Position numbers and translations under genes: made by a program. The notes below the pieces were generated by a model, which was not told the origin of the DNA, did not search any database, and saw nothing but the letters and a program-made list of their open reading frames with translations. Of a stretch of DNA of 64,000 bases, positions 10,855 through 22,234 are shown in pieces (position 1 is the stretch's first letter; every line of letters begins with the position of its first letter). The DNA comes from an uncultured Planctomycetota bacterium. Lineage in GTDB: Bacteria > Planctomycetota > Planctomycetia > Gemmatales > Gemmataceae. The stretch is taken from NCBI GenBank assembly GCA_963849325.1, contig CAWKHF010000002.1:512001-576000 (forward strand). The letters run 5' to 3'.

Positions 10855-11355
10855 TCAGTCATCGAAGGCGGGTTCAAACCTCTCGACCAACTCCGGCTCC
10901 AGGTGGTAGCGGTGGGCCAAACGTGCGCAGGTGTTCCAGCGCAGCAGGGCGTCGTCGTTGCCGTGCGGCCGCATGGCCTCGGCCTTTTCGTAAAACTCCA
11001 TGGCCCGGCACAGCCATGGGTAGGCGACGCGGCCGCTGCCCGGCCCGCCCTGGCTGAGCCGAGCACTGGCGCGGCGCTCCCAGATCAACCCCGTGTAGTA
11101 GAGTCGATCGTACTCGGACTCGAGGCGCGGCAACATCTCGATCGCGTGCTGAAAACCTTCGCTGTCGCCGTGGCGGAACTGGTCCGTCAGGGCCAACAGC
11201 AGCGAAATCAGGGCTGGCTGGTTGTCCGGGTCGATGGCCAGCACGTCCTCGCAGATGCTCTCCGCCGCGTCCGGCTGATTGAGCAGCCGATAACGCTCCG
11301 CTTTGTCCAGGGCCGCCGGGACCGCCTCCGGGGCGATGTGTTTCAGCTCGAACAT
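10855..11355 (-). CDS. TPR-like hypothetical protein, last gene of the sdh operon
   Basis: 166-aa helical ORF 11 bp after sdhB; 'AERYRLLNQPDAAESICEDVLAIDPDNQ', 'NDDALLRWNTCAR'. Confidence 0.75.
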   Translation of the reverse strand: MFELKHIAPEAVPAALDKAERYRLLNQPDAAESICEDVLAIDPDNQPALISLLLALTDQFRHGDSEGFQHAIEMLPRLESEYDRLYYTGLIWERRASARLSQGGPGSGRVAYPWLCRAMEFYEKAEAMRPHGNDDALLRWNTCARLAHRYHLEPELVERFEPAFDD

Positions 11356-11366
11356 GGTGTCGTCCC

Positions 11367-12119
11367 CTACTTGCCGGGTCGGAAGATGCGGAACAGTTTC
11401 GTCAACGGGTCGTAGTATTCATCGACCACGCGCTCCTTGAGCGGAATGATGGCGTTGTCGGTGATGTGGATGTGTTCGGGGCAGACCTCGGTGCAGCATT
11501 TGGTGATGTTGCAGAAGCCGATGCCTTCAGCGTGTCCTTCAGCATCGGCGAGCGCGGTCCTCGGTGTCCAGCGGGTGCATCTCCAGGGCGGCGGCGTACA
11601 CGAGGAAGCGCGGGCCGATGAACTCGCTCGTGCAGGTGATGGTCGCGCAGGACGTGGCAAACGTCCTGGCACAGGAAGCACTCGATGCACTTGCGGAACT
11701 CCTGGACGCGGTCGACATCTTCCTGGCTCATGCGCCAGGTGCCGTCCGCGGCGTCGGGCTTGCGCGGCTTGAACGGCTTGATCAGCTTCTTGACGCGGAA
11801 GTTCCAGGACACGTCTGTCACCAGGTCCTTGATGAGCGGGAACGCCTGCATCGGCTCGACGATGACGGGCTGCTCCAGCGGCAACGTCGTCGAGGCGCGT
11901 CATGCACATGAGGCGCGGCTTGCCGTTGATCTCGGCCGAGCACGAGCCGCACTTGCCGGCCTTGCAGTTCCAGCGGCAGGCCAGGTCGTTGGCCTGCGTC
12001 GCCTGGATCTGGTGGACGGCGTCGAGCACGACCATGCCCTCGCCGACCTCGGCCTTGTAATCGTGGAACTGACCGCCCTTGGGGTCGCCGCGCCAGATAC
12101 GGAAGGTCGCTTCAGCCAT
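11367..12119 (-). CDS. sdhB: Succinate dehydrogenase/fumarate reductase iron-sulfur subunit (frameshifted)
   Basis: RWNCKAGKCGSC...LMC ([2Fe-2S]); CIECFLCQDVC in ORF 11402..11884; CNITKCCTEVCP. Confidence 0.9.
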   Translation of the reverse strand: MAEATFRIWRGDPKGGQFHDYKAEVGEGMVVLDAVHQIQATQANDLACRWNCKAGKCGSCSAEINGKPRLMCMTRLDDVAAGAARHRRADAGVPAHQGPGDRRVLELPRQEADQAVQAAQARRRGRHLAHEPGRCRPRPGVPQVHRVLPVPGRLPRPARPSPARASSSARASSCTPPPWRCTRWTPRTALADAEGHAEGIGFCNITKCCTEVCPEHIHITDNAIIPLKERVVDEYYDPLTKLFRIFRPGK

Positions 12120-12147
12120 GATGTCTCCCTGCCGTCGCCGCTTGCGG

Positions 12148-13974
12148 CTACTTGTTCTCCTCGATGATCTGTTTCAACTCCGCCGGCATCTCGGGGATGA
12201 GCGTCTCTTCGACCTGCATTCGGCCATCCGTCCCCTTGCGGACGACGACGTTGACCTTGCCGAAATGGCCGTCCTTGTTGGGGTAGTCGTCGCGGAACTG
12301 GCCGCCGCGGCTCTCCTTGCGCTCGCAGGGCGGCGCGGGTGATCGCCTCGGACACGGTCAGCAGGTTGTGCAGGTCCAGGGCGGTGTGCCAGCCGGGGTT
12401 GTACTCGCGGTTGCCGACGACACGCACGCGGCGGGCCCGGTCGCCGCAGCTTTTGCAGCCTTCCAGGGCCCGCAGCATCTCGTCCTCCGTGCGGACGATG
12501 CCGACCAGGTCCTGCATCATCTCCTGCAGATCGTGCTGAATCTGAAACGGGCCCGTCATCGCCGCCCGGCCGGTCGAACGGCTCCAGCGCCCGCCGCGCG
12601 GCGTCCTCGACCTGGTCGGCGTCCGGCACCGCGCCGGCGGCGTGCTCCCTGGCGTAGAGGGCCGCGTATTCGCCGGCGCGCTTGCCGAAAACGAGCAGGT
12701 CGGACAGCGAGTTGCCGCCGAGGCGGTTGGCGCCGTTGATGCCGGCGGCGCACTCGCCGCAGGCGAACAGGCCGGGCACGCGCGACATCTGCGTGTCGCC
12801 GTCCACGCGCACGCCGCCCATGACGTAGTGCGTCGTCGGGCCGACTTCCATCGGCTCGCTGCGTGATGTCGAGGTTGCGCCAGTTCCTTGAACTGGTGGT
12901 ACATGCTCGGCAGCTTCTGCTGGATGTGCTCGGCGGCGTTGGGCATGCTTCTCCTTGATCCAGGAAATATCGAGGAAGACGCCGCCGTGCGGGCTGCCGC
13001 GGCCCTCCTTGACCTCGCGGACGATGCAGCGGGCGACGTGATCGCGCGTCAGCAGCTCGGGCGGCCGCTGGGCGTTCTTGTCGCCCTGGCAGTAGCGCCA
13101 GCCCTCTTCCTCGTCTGTCGGCGGTCTGCTGCTTGTAGTTGTCGGGGATGTCGCTCGAACATGAAGCGCTCGCCGCTGATTGTTCGCAGGACGCCGCCCT
13201 CGCCGCGGACGCCCTCGGTGACGAGGATGCCGCGCACGCTCGGCGGCCAGACCATGCCGGTCGGATGGAACTGGATGAACTCCATGTCGATCAGCTCGGC
13301 CCCGGCGTGGTAGGCGAGAGCATGGCCGTCGCCGGTGTACTCCCAGCTGTTGCTGGTGATCTTGTACGCCTTGCCGATGCCGCCGGTCGCCAGCACGACC
13401 GCCTTGCGCCTTGAAGAGGACGAATCGGCCATGCTCGCGGTAATAGCCGAAGGCGCCGGCGATGCGGTCGCCGTCCTTGAGCAGGCGGACGATCGTACAC
13501 TCCATGTAGACGTCGATGCCGCTGATGGATGCCGTGGTCCTGCAGGGTGCGGATCATCTCCAGGCCGGTGCGGTCGCCGACGTGGGCCAGGCGCGGATAC
13601 TTGTGGCCGCCGAAGTTGCGCTGCAGGATGCGGCCGTCCTTGGTGCGGTCGAAGACGGCGCCCCACGCTTCCAGCTCGCGGACGCGGCCGGGAGCTTCCT
13701 GGGCGTGCAGCTGGGCCATGCGCCAGTTGTTGACGTACTGTCCGCCGCGCATGGTGTCGGCGAAGTGGACCTTCCAGTTGTCGCGCTCATCGACGTTGGC
13801 CAGCGCCGCCGCGATGCCGCCCTCGGCCATGACCGTGTGGGCCTTGCCCAGAAGCGACTTGCACACCAGGCCGACCGAGACGCCGCCGGCCGACGCCTCG
13901 ATGGCGGCCCGCAGCCCGGCGCCGCCGGCGCCGATGACCAGCACGTCGTGTTCGTGAGTCGGATACTCGTTCAT
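12148..13974 (-). CDS. sdhA: Succinate dehydrogenase/fumarate reductase flavoprotein subunit (several frameshifts)
   Basis: DVLVIGAGGAG, AHTVMAEGGIAA (covalent FAD His), QFHPTG, TEGVRGEGG, HYVMGG, GANRLGGNSL. ATG overlaps the upstream stop (ATGA). Confidence 0.9.
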
Positions 13975-14775
13975 CCGATGAGCCTCCAGTCCGTCCATAC
14001 GCCCATGGCGCACAACCGGACGTACAGGTCGGAGAAGGCCACCCAGAACAGGCTGCACCAGGCCCAGAGCATGTGGCGGCTATTGAAACAGCCGACGCAG
14101 TTATACGCCTTGTGCTGCAGCGGATGGCGCGATAGTTGTCGCAGTCTTCCGCCGACGAGGTGGCGCAGCGAATGACAGCCGAGCGTGTATCCGCCCAGCA
14201 GGACGACGTTGACGGCCAATACCAGCGTGCCGACGCCGACGCCGAAGGAGACCTGCGCCGGAAGCATCGGTGAACCAGAGGGCGTGCCAGACATCGAGGG
14301 CGAGGAAGACGAGGAACAGCAGGGCGAGGTAGAGGAAATAGCGGTGGACGTTCTGGATGAGCAGCGGTCCGAAGCGTTCGCCCCAGTAGGAATGGCGCGG
14401 CTCGCCGACGGTGCAGGAAGGCGGATCGGCCCAAAACGCCTTGTAGTAGGCGCCTCGGTAGTAATAACAGGTGACGCGGAAACCGCCCGGTGCCCACAGG
14501 ATGAGCAAGGCCGGCGAGAAAAGCAGCCAGGCCGGCCACCAGGCCGGACGAGGACCGAACCAGCTGTGCGGTGAATCGCCGAACAGCTCCGGCGAGTAGA
14601 AAGGCGATAAATAAGGTCCGTAATAGTAATTCGCGCCCTGGAAGGCCGCCCACGTCGCATAGACGATGAACGCCGACAATCCCAGGAACACCAGCAGCGG
14701 GGTTGTCCACCAGGCGTCTCGGCGGGAAGTCTGGCCGAAGGAACGCAGCGGCAGGCTCAATGGCCCGTGGGACAT
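13971..14775 (-). CDS. Succinate dehydrogenase membrane anchor, Rv0249c/Sdh1-like (1 frameshift near 14260)
   Basis: Multi-TM protein with 'FRVTCYYYRGAYYKAFWADPPSC', 'QNVHRYF', 'YTLGCHSLRHLVGG'; first gene of the operon. Confidence 0.8.
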
Positions 14776-14810
14776 GATGGCCCTCCGAAAAGGGGGGAGC
14801 GATGCGCTCG

Positions 14811-14839
14811 AACATACTCCCGCGCGCGAGGGTTTGCAA
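14811..14839 (-). promoter_or_regulatory. Putative sigma70 promoter of the sdh operon
   Basis: Minus strand TTGCAA-N17-TATGTT about 35 bp upstream of the ATG at 14775. Confidence 0.5.
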
Positions 14840-15087
14840 GGGGCTAGGCGGCGAAATCACGATGTCGAATCCTGGTCGCATCGGAACCAGGGTGGTCCCG
14901 GGGCGATCAGAAGACGCCCGGCTCGCGTGGCCGAGCGTGTGAGAACATCCTGTCTTAACTGCTTGATTCCTTATTAGTTGCGCAACGCCACCATCTTCGG
15001 AGCAGGGCGGCATTCCATTTGCGTTACCACTCGCAGACGAGAGTCCCGTCACGGAACACCAACCCCCACAGTGCAGGAGATCGATTC

Positions 15088-16981
15088 ATGACCGCCCCGA
15101 CCATCCTGCTGGTCGATGACGACGAAGTGCTCAGCCAGGTGCTTCGTCGGGTGCTGACGCGCGACGGCTACACTGTGGTGGAAGCCGGCAGTGTCGCTCA
15201 GGCGCTGGAGCGCGCCCGCGAGCAGCGGCCGACTCTCGGCCTGGTCGATCTGCGCCTGCCCGACGGCGACGGCGTGGAGTTGGCCCAGCAGCTTCAGCAG
15301 CAAGTGGGCCGTTTTCCGCTCATCCTCATGACGGCCTATCCGCTGCGTCTGCGCGATCAGCCCGAACTGGCTCGGGGGTTCGCCCACGTCTTGACCAAGC
15401 CGCTCAACCTCGACGAGCTTCGTCAGGCCATCGAGACTAGCCTGGGCGCGACGGCGCCGGCCCGGCCGGGGAGTGCGGAGAAGCCAGCGCTGCCATCCAT
15501 CACCGAGACAGAAGTGGTTCGGCAGCCGCAACCGGAGCCGAGTCCGGTGAGGACAAGGGAACGGCCGCAGGCAAAGCCGAAGCGGCGCCGCCTGCGCTGG
15601 GCCATCGCCGCGAGTGGGATTGTGGCCCTGGTTGGTTTGGCCGTGGCCGTACCCGCTCTCGGCATGCCCAGCCTGCGGCGCTTCCTCAAGCCGCCGGAAG
15701 CGCGGCCCGTGGTCCCCGGCGGCGACTACCGGGCGCAGCTCGTCTCCGAAACCGAGGACGAGATCGAGTTGCCGCGCGACGTGGTCGAGCGGCTAGGCGT
15801 GACGAGTGAGCCGGTCCTGGAGACGGTGGCGCCGCGGACGCTGGAATTGGCCGGCTCGCTGGCCTTCGACCCCAATCGCCTCGGTCGCGTCCAGGCCCGC
15901 TTCGGCGGCGAGGTCGTCGCCATCGGCACGATGGCCGAACGCCGCGCCGACAACGGCACGACACACGAACGGACCCTGCGCTATGGCGACCCCGTCACCA
16001 AGGGACAGATCATGGCCGTGGTCCTGAGCAAAGATCTCGGTGAGAAGAAGAGCGAGTTGGTCGATTCGCTGGTGCGGCTGTGGTACGACGAAGCGCTGTT
16101 GTCGAGCCTGGACGAGTTGATTCGAGAGGGCCGCACGCCTCCGGCGACCGTCCGCACTCAGCGGACCGTGGTCGGCCGCCGACCGGAACGCGGTCGGACG
16201 GGTCGAACTAACTCTGCGGACCTGGCGCGTGGCCGAGGACGAGATCAACGCCGTCAAGGAAGAGGCCAAGCGGGTCTTCGAGCGCAAGGGGCAGCGCGAT
16301 CTGAAAAAGGAAACCGAGTGGGCCAAGGTCGAGGTGCGGGCGCCGTTCGACGGCACCATCGTCGAGAAGAGCGTGAACCTGGGCAACATCGTCGATACCA
16401 CTTTCGATCTCTTCAAGGTCGCCGACCTGCGCAAGCTCGGCGTACTGGTTCATGCTTACGAGGAAGACCTGCGCGAGTTGCAGACGATGTTGCACGAGCA
16501 GCCCCGAGGCTACCCCTGGCAAGTCCGCACCGGCGCCGACCTCACCCGCCAAGTGCTCCAAAGCGAGGGCATGCAGCAGATCGGACTGGTGGTCGATCCC
16601 ACGCAGCACACCGACCCGATCATGGGGTTGGTGGACAATCGGGACGGCAGGCTGCGCGTCGGCCAGTTCGTGACGGCGACAGTCGATTTGCCGTCGCCGC
16701 CCAACGTCGTCTCCCTGCCGGCGTCGGCCCTGGAGGAGGATGGCGCGGAGAGCATCGTTTTCGTCCAGCCCGATCCGACCAAGCCGCGCTACGTCCTGCG
16801 CCGCGTCCTGGTCGCCATGCGGCTGCGCGACATCGTCTACGTCCGCAGCGAGTTGACCGAGCAGGACCGCAAGAAGGGTCTGCAAGAAGTACGACCCGGC
16901 GAATACGTCGTCACCGAGGGCGTCCTGGAACTCAAGGCGGCGCTCGAGGAGTTGCAAGCAAAAGCAAAAGCCAAAAAATAA
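15088..16981 (+). CDS. Receiver (REC) domain fused to an RND periplasmic adaptor (CzcB/CusB-like MFP); 1 frameshift near 16185
   Basis: REC motifs VDDD, DLRLPDGDG, MTA, KP; Pro-rich linker, KRRR plus TM helix; MFP 'VQARFGGEVVAI', 'GDPVTKGQ', 'VRAPFDGTIVE...GNIVD', 'LRVGQFV'. Confidence 0.85.
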
Positions 16982-17075
16982 GTTCTGAGTTCTGAGTGAA
17001 AGAGACTCAAGCTCTCATTGGCTCATGCGGCAGAACTCACTGAACTCAGAACTCAGAACTCAGAACTCAGAACTG
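16981..17075. repeat. Inverted heptamer-array element (AGTTCTG)n...(AACTCAG)n
   Basis: agttctgagttctgagtgaaaga ... (aactcag)x4; a copy with the same 23-bp start lies at 27381. Confidence 0.85.
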
Positions 17076-17079
17076 AAGT

Positions 17080-20000
17080 ATGGTTCGCAAACTCATCGAG
17101 TGGGCCGTCAACAGCGCCCTGATCGTGCTCCTCCTGGCCGTCGGCCTGGCTGCGTTCGGCGTTTATGCCTTCAATCACGTCAACGTCGAAGCCTACCCCG
17201 ATCCGGCGCCGGCCATCATCGAAGTCATCGCCCAGTATCCCGGCTTCTCGGCCGAGGAGGTCGAGCGACGGGTGACGATCCCGCTGGAGGTCACCCTGGC
17301 CGGCATGCCGGGACTGACGTACACGCGCAGCAAATCGCTGGCCGGCCTGTGCTCACCTGCGCAACCAGTTCGATTACGGCATCGATTACTACGCCGCGCG
17401 CCAGGAAGTCATCAACCGCCTGCAATTCGTGCAGAACCTGCCCAACAGCGTCACCCCGCAACTGTCGCCGTTCACGCCGACCGGCGAGCTGATCCGCTAC
17501 ACCTTGGACAGGCCGAAAAACACGCGCGGCGAGGAAATTTACTCCCTGATCGATCTCAAATCGCTGCAGGACTGGACGCTGGAGCGCGAGTTTCGCCGTA
17601 TCCCGCGCATCGCCGACGTGTCCAGCTTCGGCGGCATGGTCAAGCGCTACGAGATCCAGCCGGACCCGGCTCGGCTCAAGCGCTACGGCATCACGCTTGC
17701 AGCAGTTCCAGACGGCCATCAGCAACAGCAACGCCAACATCGGGGCCGGCTATCTGCGGCAGGGACCGATCGCCATGAACGTGCGCGGCATCGGCCTGCT
17801 CGGCCGCGGCCAAGACCCGATGCAGCAGCGTGCTGGCCATGAAAAGCCCCTACCTGGCCGCTCGCCGCCTGCGCCAGCAGGAAGAAGCGCGCGTGCGCGA
17901 GATCCGCGACGTCGTCGTGGTGACGGTCAACAACGTGCCCATCCGCGTCGAGGACCTCGTCGCCGGCGGGCCGATCGATGAGCACGACGCAGATCGACGA
18001 AGCCGGCCGAGGCGCCGGACCCACTGGTTCGGCAGCGCCTCGGCGAAGGCGGCGCGAAGGCGGCGAACGCAACCGGCAACGAGGGCGTCGTGGTCGGCTA
18101 CCAGCCGCGCCTGGGCAAGGTCAGCGTGTGCCGGCCCAAGTACGACGACGACGGCAACGTGGTCCGCGATGAGCGAGGGCAACGTCGTCTGGGTGGACGA
18201 GGAAGACAAGGTACAGGGCATCGTCCTGATGCGCAAGAACGAGGCCACCCTGCTCGCCCTCAACAAGGTCAAGGAGAAGGTCGAGGAACTGAACGACACG
18301 CCGGGCCGTCTGCTGCCCGGCGTGCACGATCGAGCCGCACTTCGACCTGACCGGCCTCATCCACGTCACCACCGAGACCGTCCGCGAGAACCTGCTTCTG
18401 GGCATGATCCTGGTGACGGTCATCCTGTTCATGTTCCTCAGCAACGTCCGCAGCGCCCTCATCGTGGCCATCAACATCCCGCTGGCGCTGTTGTTCGCCT
18501 TCTCCGTGCTGTTCCTGCGCGGCAAGTCGGCCAACCTGCTGTCCATCGGGGCCGTCGATTTCGGCATCATCGTCGATTCGTCGGTCATCATGGTCGAGAA
18601 CATTTACCGCCATCTCAGCTCCGGCGAGTACGCGGAACTGCCGCTGAAGGAACGCATCATCCGCGCCTGCCACGAGGTCGAGCGGCCGCTGTTCTTCTCG
18701 ACGACGATCATGGTGTTCGCCTTCATCCCGCTGTTCACCATGCAGGGGCCGGAAGGACAAATCTTCGGGCCGATGGCCGACACCTATGCCTTCGCCCTGG
18801 CCGGCGGCCTGCTGCTGGCGCTGACCGTGGCGCCGGTGCTGTGCTTCCTGTTCTTCAAGAACCTCAAGCCGGCGCCGGACAACTGGCTGGTGCGCTGGCT
18901 GAAGCGCAGCTACCTGCACCAGCTGGAACGCTGTCTGAACCACCGCGTCGTGACGCTGACGCTGTTCGGCTCGCTCACGGCCGTCACCGTCGGCATCCTG
19001 CCCTTTCTGGGCCGCGAGTTCATGCCGGAGCTGGAGGAGGGCAACCTGTACATCCGCGGCACCTTCCCGGTCAACGCCTCGCTGGAGGAGGTGGCCGACA
19101 AGACGCGCCGGGCCCGGGCCATCCTCCGCGCGTACCCGGAGGTCGCCCTGGTCGCCTCGCAGGTCGGCCGGCCCGACGACGGCACCGACCCGACCGGCTT
19201 CTACAACGCCGAGTTCTCCATCCCGCTGCACCCCGACAAGCACTGGCCCGCCGTGGTGCCGCGCACGGGCTGGCTGAGCTGGCTCGGTCCCCGCGCCGCG
19301 CACCAAGCCGGAGCTGATCGACAGCCATGAACCAGCAGATGCACCGCGAGCTGATCGGCGTGGACTGGAACTTCTCGCAGTACATCCGCGACAACGTCAT
19401 GGAGTCGCTGTCCGGCGTCAAGGGCGACAACTCGGTCAAGATCATCGGCCCCGACCTCGACGAGCTGGAGAAACTGGCCGACGAGGTCAAGGCCGTGCTC
19501 GACACCGTGCCCGGCCTGGAGAACGTGGCCGTCTTCCGCATCAAGGGCCAGCCGAACCTGGAGTTCACCGTCGATCGGACCCGGTGCAAGTTCTGGAACG
19601 TCAGTGTGGCGGACGTGGAGAACGCCATCGCCATCGCCGTCGGCGGCCAGGCGTGTACGCAGATGGTCGAGGGCGAGAAGACCTTCGACATCACCCTGCG
19701 CTGGCCGGAGCGGCTGCGCGGCAACGAACAGGCCATCCTCGACATTCCCATCGAGGTGGCCAACAACACCGTCACGCCGGGCTATGTCCCCGGCACGCCA
19801 CAGACGCCGGTGACGGGAGCGAGCATCGGCGTCAATCCCATCGGCACCAACGTGCCCATGCCGTCGTTGTGGGGCAACATCTTCAACGCGGCGGTCAACA
19901 ACCTCAGCAGCGTGCCGCGCCTGCGCCTGGGGCAGCTGGTGACGCCGGTCAACGACGAGGGCCGGCCCGACCCGCACGGGCAAGTACCTGCGCTCCGGCG

Positions 20001-20693
20001 CCTCGACGATCTACCGCGAGCAGGGCAAGCGGCTGATCGCCGTCAAGTTCAGCGTGCGCGGCCGCGACCTGGCCGGCGCCGTGGCCGAGGCCCAGGAGAA
20101 GACGGCCGACCTGTTCAAGGCCCCTTACCGGGCCGAGTGGAGCGGCGAGTTTCAGGAGATGCTGGAAGCGGAGCACCGCTTGATGTACATCATTCCGCTG
20201 TCGCTGGCGGCGATCTTCGTGCTGCTGTACCTGGCATTCCACGACCTGGTCGACGCCCTGCTGGTCTTCTCCAACGTCGTCGCCCTGAGCGTCGGCGGCG
20301 TGTGGGCCTTGCTGCTGACAGGGACGAACTTCAGCATCTCGGCGGCGGTGGGCTTCATCTCGATCTTCGGCGTGGCCATCATGGATGGCCTGCTGCTGGT
20401 GTCCTACTTCAACCACCTGCGCGCCGAGGGATTGCCGCTGCGCGAGGCCATCATGCAGGGGGCGGAGAAGCGGGTGCGGCCGGTGATGATGACGGCGCTG
20501 ACGGCCATCTTCGGCCTGCTGCCGGCGGCGCTCTCGACGCGCATCGGCTCGCAGACGCAGCGGCCGCTGGCCATCGTCGTCGTCGGCGGCATGGTGACGA
20601 CGCTGTTTCTGACGCGCTACCTGATGCCGGTGCTTGTACAGCTTCTACGGCCACCGCGAGCCGCCCTCCGGCGGCGGCAGCCTGGCGCACTGA
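17080..20693 (+). CDS. CzcA/CusA-family RND efflux transporter (multiple frameshifts)
   Basis: 'VEAYPD...AQYPGFSAEEVERRVTIPLE', 'SANLLSIGAVDFGIIVDSSVIMVENI', 'GREFMPELEEG', 'RVRPVMMTA...QRPLAIVVVGG'. Confidence 0.9.
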
Positions 20694-20704
20694 CATATCC
20701 CACC

Positions 20705-20763
20705 ACTAGCCCGGAGCGCCAACGACGGGTTGAGACAAATCGTCGCTGGCGCTCCGGGCTTGT
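20705..20763. repeat. REP-like palindrome, family C (AGCCCGGAGCG...CGCTCCGGGCT)
   Basis: Stem-loop just after the RND stop codon; a more perfect copy lies at 53627-53685. Confidence 0.8.
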
Positions 20764-20792
20764 CGAGAAAATGTGTCGAAACCGCCAGTGGC

Positions 20793-20821
20793 TTGGCACT
20801 CCTCTCCGCGGCGCTTATACT
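20793..20821 (+). promoter_or_regulatory. Putative sigma70 promoter of the beta-propeller cluster
   Basis: TTGGCA-N17-TATACT about 95 bp upstream of the ATG at 20917. Confidence 0.55.
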
Positions 20822-20916
20822 GCGAACAGACGGCGTGTCCCGCCGTCGCCTGCCTCCCCGGGCTGCTCTTCCGTTTCATCGGAATGGGTAACACCTACCG
20901 CACGCCGAGGTCTTTC

Positions 20917-22194
20917 ATGAAGACAAAAACGCTGCTGGCAATCACTCTTGTCGCTGTCTGCCTTGCCCCGCTGTCGCTGTTCGCCCTCGATTGGCCACAG
21001 TGGCAAGGCCCCGACCGCACCAACGTCTCCAAGGAGACCGGCCTGCTCAAGGAATGGCCTCAAAGCGGGCCGAAACTGCTGTGGACTTCCGAGGACGCCG
21101 GTATGGGGTACTCGGCCCCGGCCATCGTCGGCGATCGGCTGTACTCGATGGGAGCGCGCGACGGCAAGGATTGGCTGTTCGCCTTGGATGGGAAGACGAG
21201 TCAAAAAAAATGGTCCACGCCGATTGGCGATCAATTCAGCAACAACCGAGGCAATGGTTCGCGTGGCACGCCCACGGTGGACGGCGATCGCATTTACGCC
21301 CTGGGGGGGCAGGGTAATCTCGTCTGCGTCAAGACCGATAGCGGCGAAATCGTCTGGCAGAAGAACCTCAAGCGTGATCTTGGCGGAAACATGCAGAACA
21401 ATTGGGGGTATTCCGAATCGCCCCTGATCGATGGCGCGGTCATCGTCTGCACGCCGGGCGGCAGCAAGGGGACCATCGCCGCCCTGGACAAGAACACCGG
21501 CGAGGTGCGCTGGCGGAGCAAGGGATTGATTGACGCCGCCGCCTACTCCTCGCTGGTGGTCTCGAACGCGGGCGGCGTGCGGCAGTACGTGCAGATGACC
21601 GGCAACAGCGTGACCGGCGTGGCCGCCAAGGATGGCCAGGTCCTCTGGAGTTTCAAACGCCCGAGCAACGTGGCGGCAATCCCTACGCCCATCTGCTTCG
21701 ATGATTCGGTGTACGTTTCCTCCGGCTACGGCACCGGCTGCGCCCTGCTGAAGATCAACAAGGATGGCTCCTCCTGGAAAGCGGAGCAGGTGTATGCCAA
21801 CAAGAACATGGTGAACCATCATGGCGGTGTCGTACACCTTGGCGACCATTTCTACGGTTACTCCGACGGCAAGGGCTGGGTGTGTCAGGATGCCAAGACC
21901 GGGGCGGTGGTGTGGCAAGAGCGGAATCGCCTGGGCAAGGGATCGTTGACCTGTGCGGAGGGTCGGCTGTATTGCTACAGCGAAAAAGACGGCACCGTGG
22001 TGCTTGTCGAGGCATCGCCGGCCGGCTGGAAGGAATCGGGCCGTTTCACGATCCCGCAACAAAGCAAACTGCCCCGTCCGAGCAGTCAACCCCGGAACAA
22101 CATCTGGACGCATCCGGTGGTGGCCAACGGCCGATTGTACCTGCGCGATCAGGATTTGATATTCTGTTACGACGTCAAGGGCGGCGAACGCTAA
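20917..22194 (+). CDS. Exported PQQ-like/BamB-like beta-propeller protein 1
   Basis: Signal peptide MKTKTLLAITLVAVCLAPLSLFA, DWPQWQGPDR, repeated 'SP..xGD.', 'TGEVRW', C-terminal WTHPVVANGRLYLRDQ. Confidence 0.9.
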   Translation: MKTKTLLAITLVAVCLAPLSLFALDWPQWQGPDRTNVSKETGLLKEWPQSGPKLLWTSEDAGMGYSAPAIVGDRLYSMGARDGKDWLFALDGKTSQKKWSTPIGDQFSNNRGNGSRGTPTVDGDRIYALGGQGNLVCVKTDSGEIVWQKNLKRDLGGNMQNNWGYSESPLIDGAVIVCTPGGSKGTIAALDKNTGEVRWRSKGLIDAAAYSSLVVSNAGGVRQYVQMTGNSVTGVAAKDGQVLWSFKRPSNVAAIPTPICFDDSVYVSSGYGTGCALLKINKDGSSWKAEQVYANKNMVNHHGGVVHLGDHFYGYSDGKGWVCQDAKTGAVVWQERNRLGKGSLTCAEGRLYCYSEKDGTVVLVEASPAGWKESGRFTIPQQSKLPRPSSQPRNNIWTHPVVANGRLYLRDQDLIFCYDVKGGER

Positions 22195-22234
22195 CCCGCA
22201 AGCGGCAAACAGGACAATCATCCCCCGGTGAACC

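Noticed and set aside
14954-14982. AT-rich imperfect dyad TAACT-N15-AGTTG in the divergent sdh/RND intergenic region
   Set aside because: Too short and imperfect to call an operator without a genome-wide motif search.
16981-17075. Short repeat arrays as a possible CRISPR array (also 24963 and 27381)
   Set aside because: They are 7-bp tandem units with no unique spacers, and there are no cas genes.
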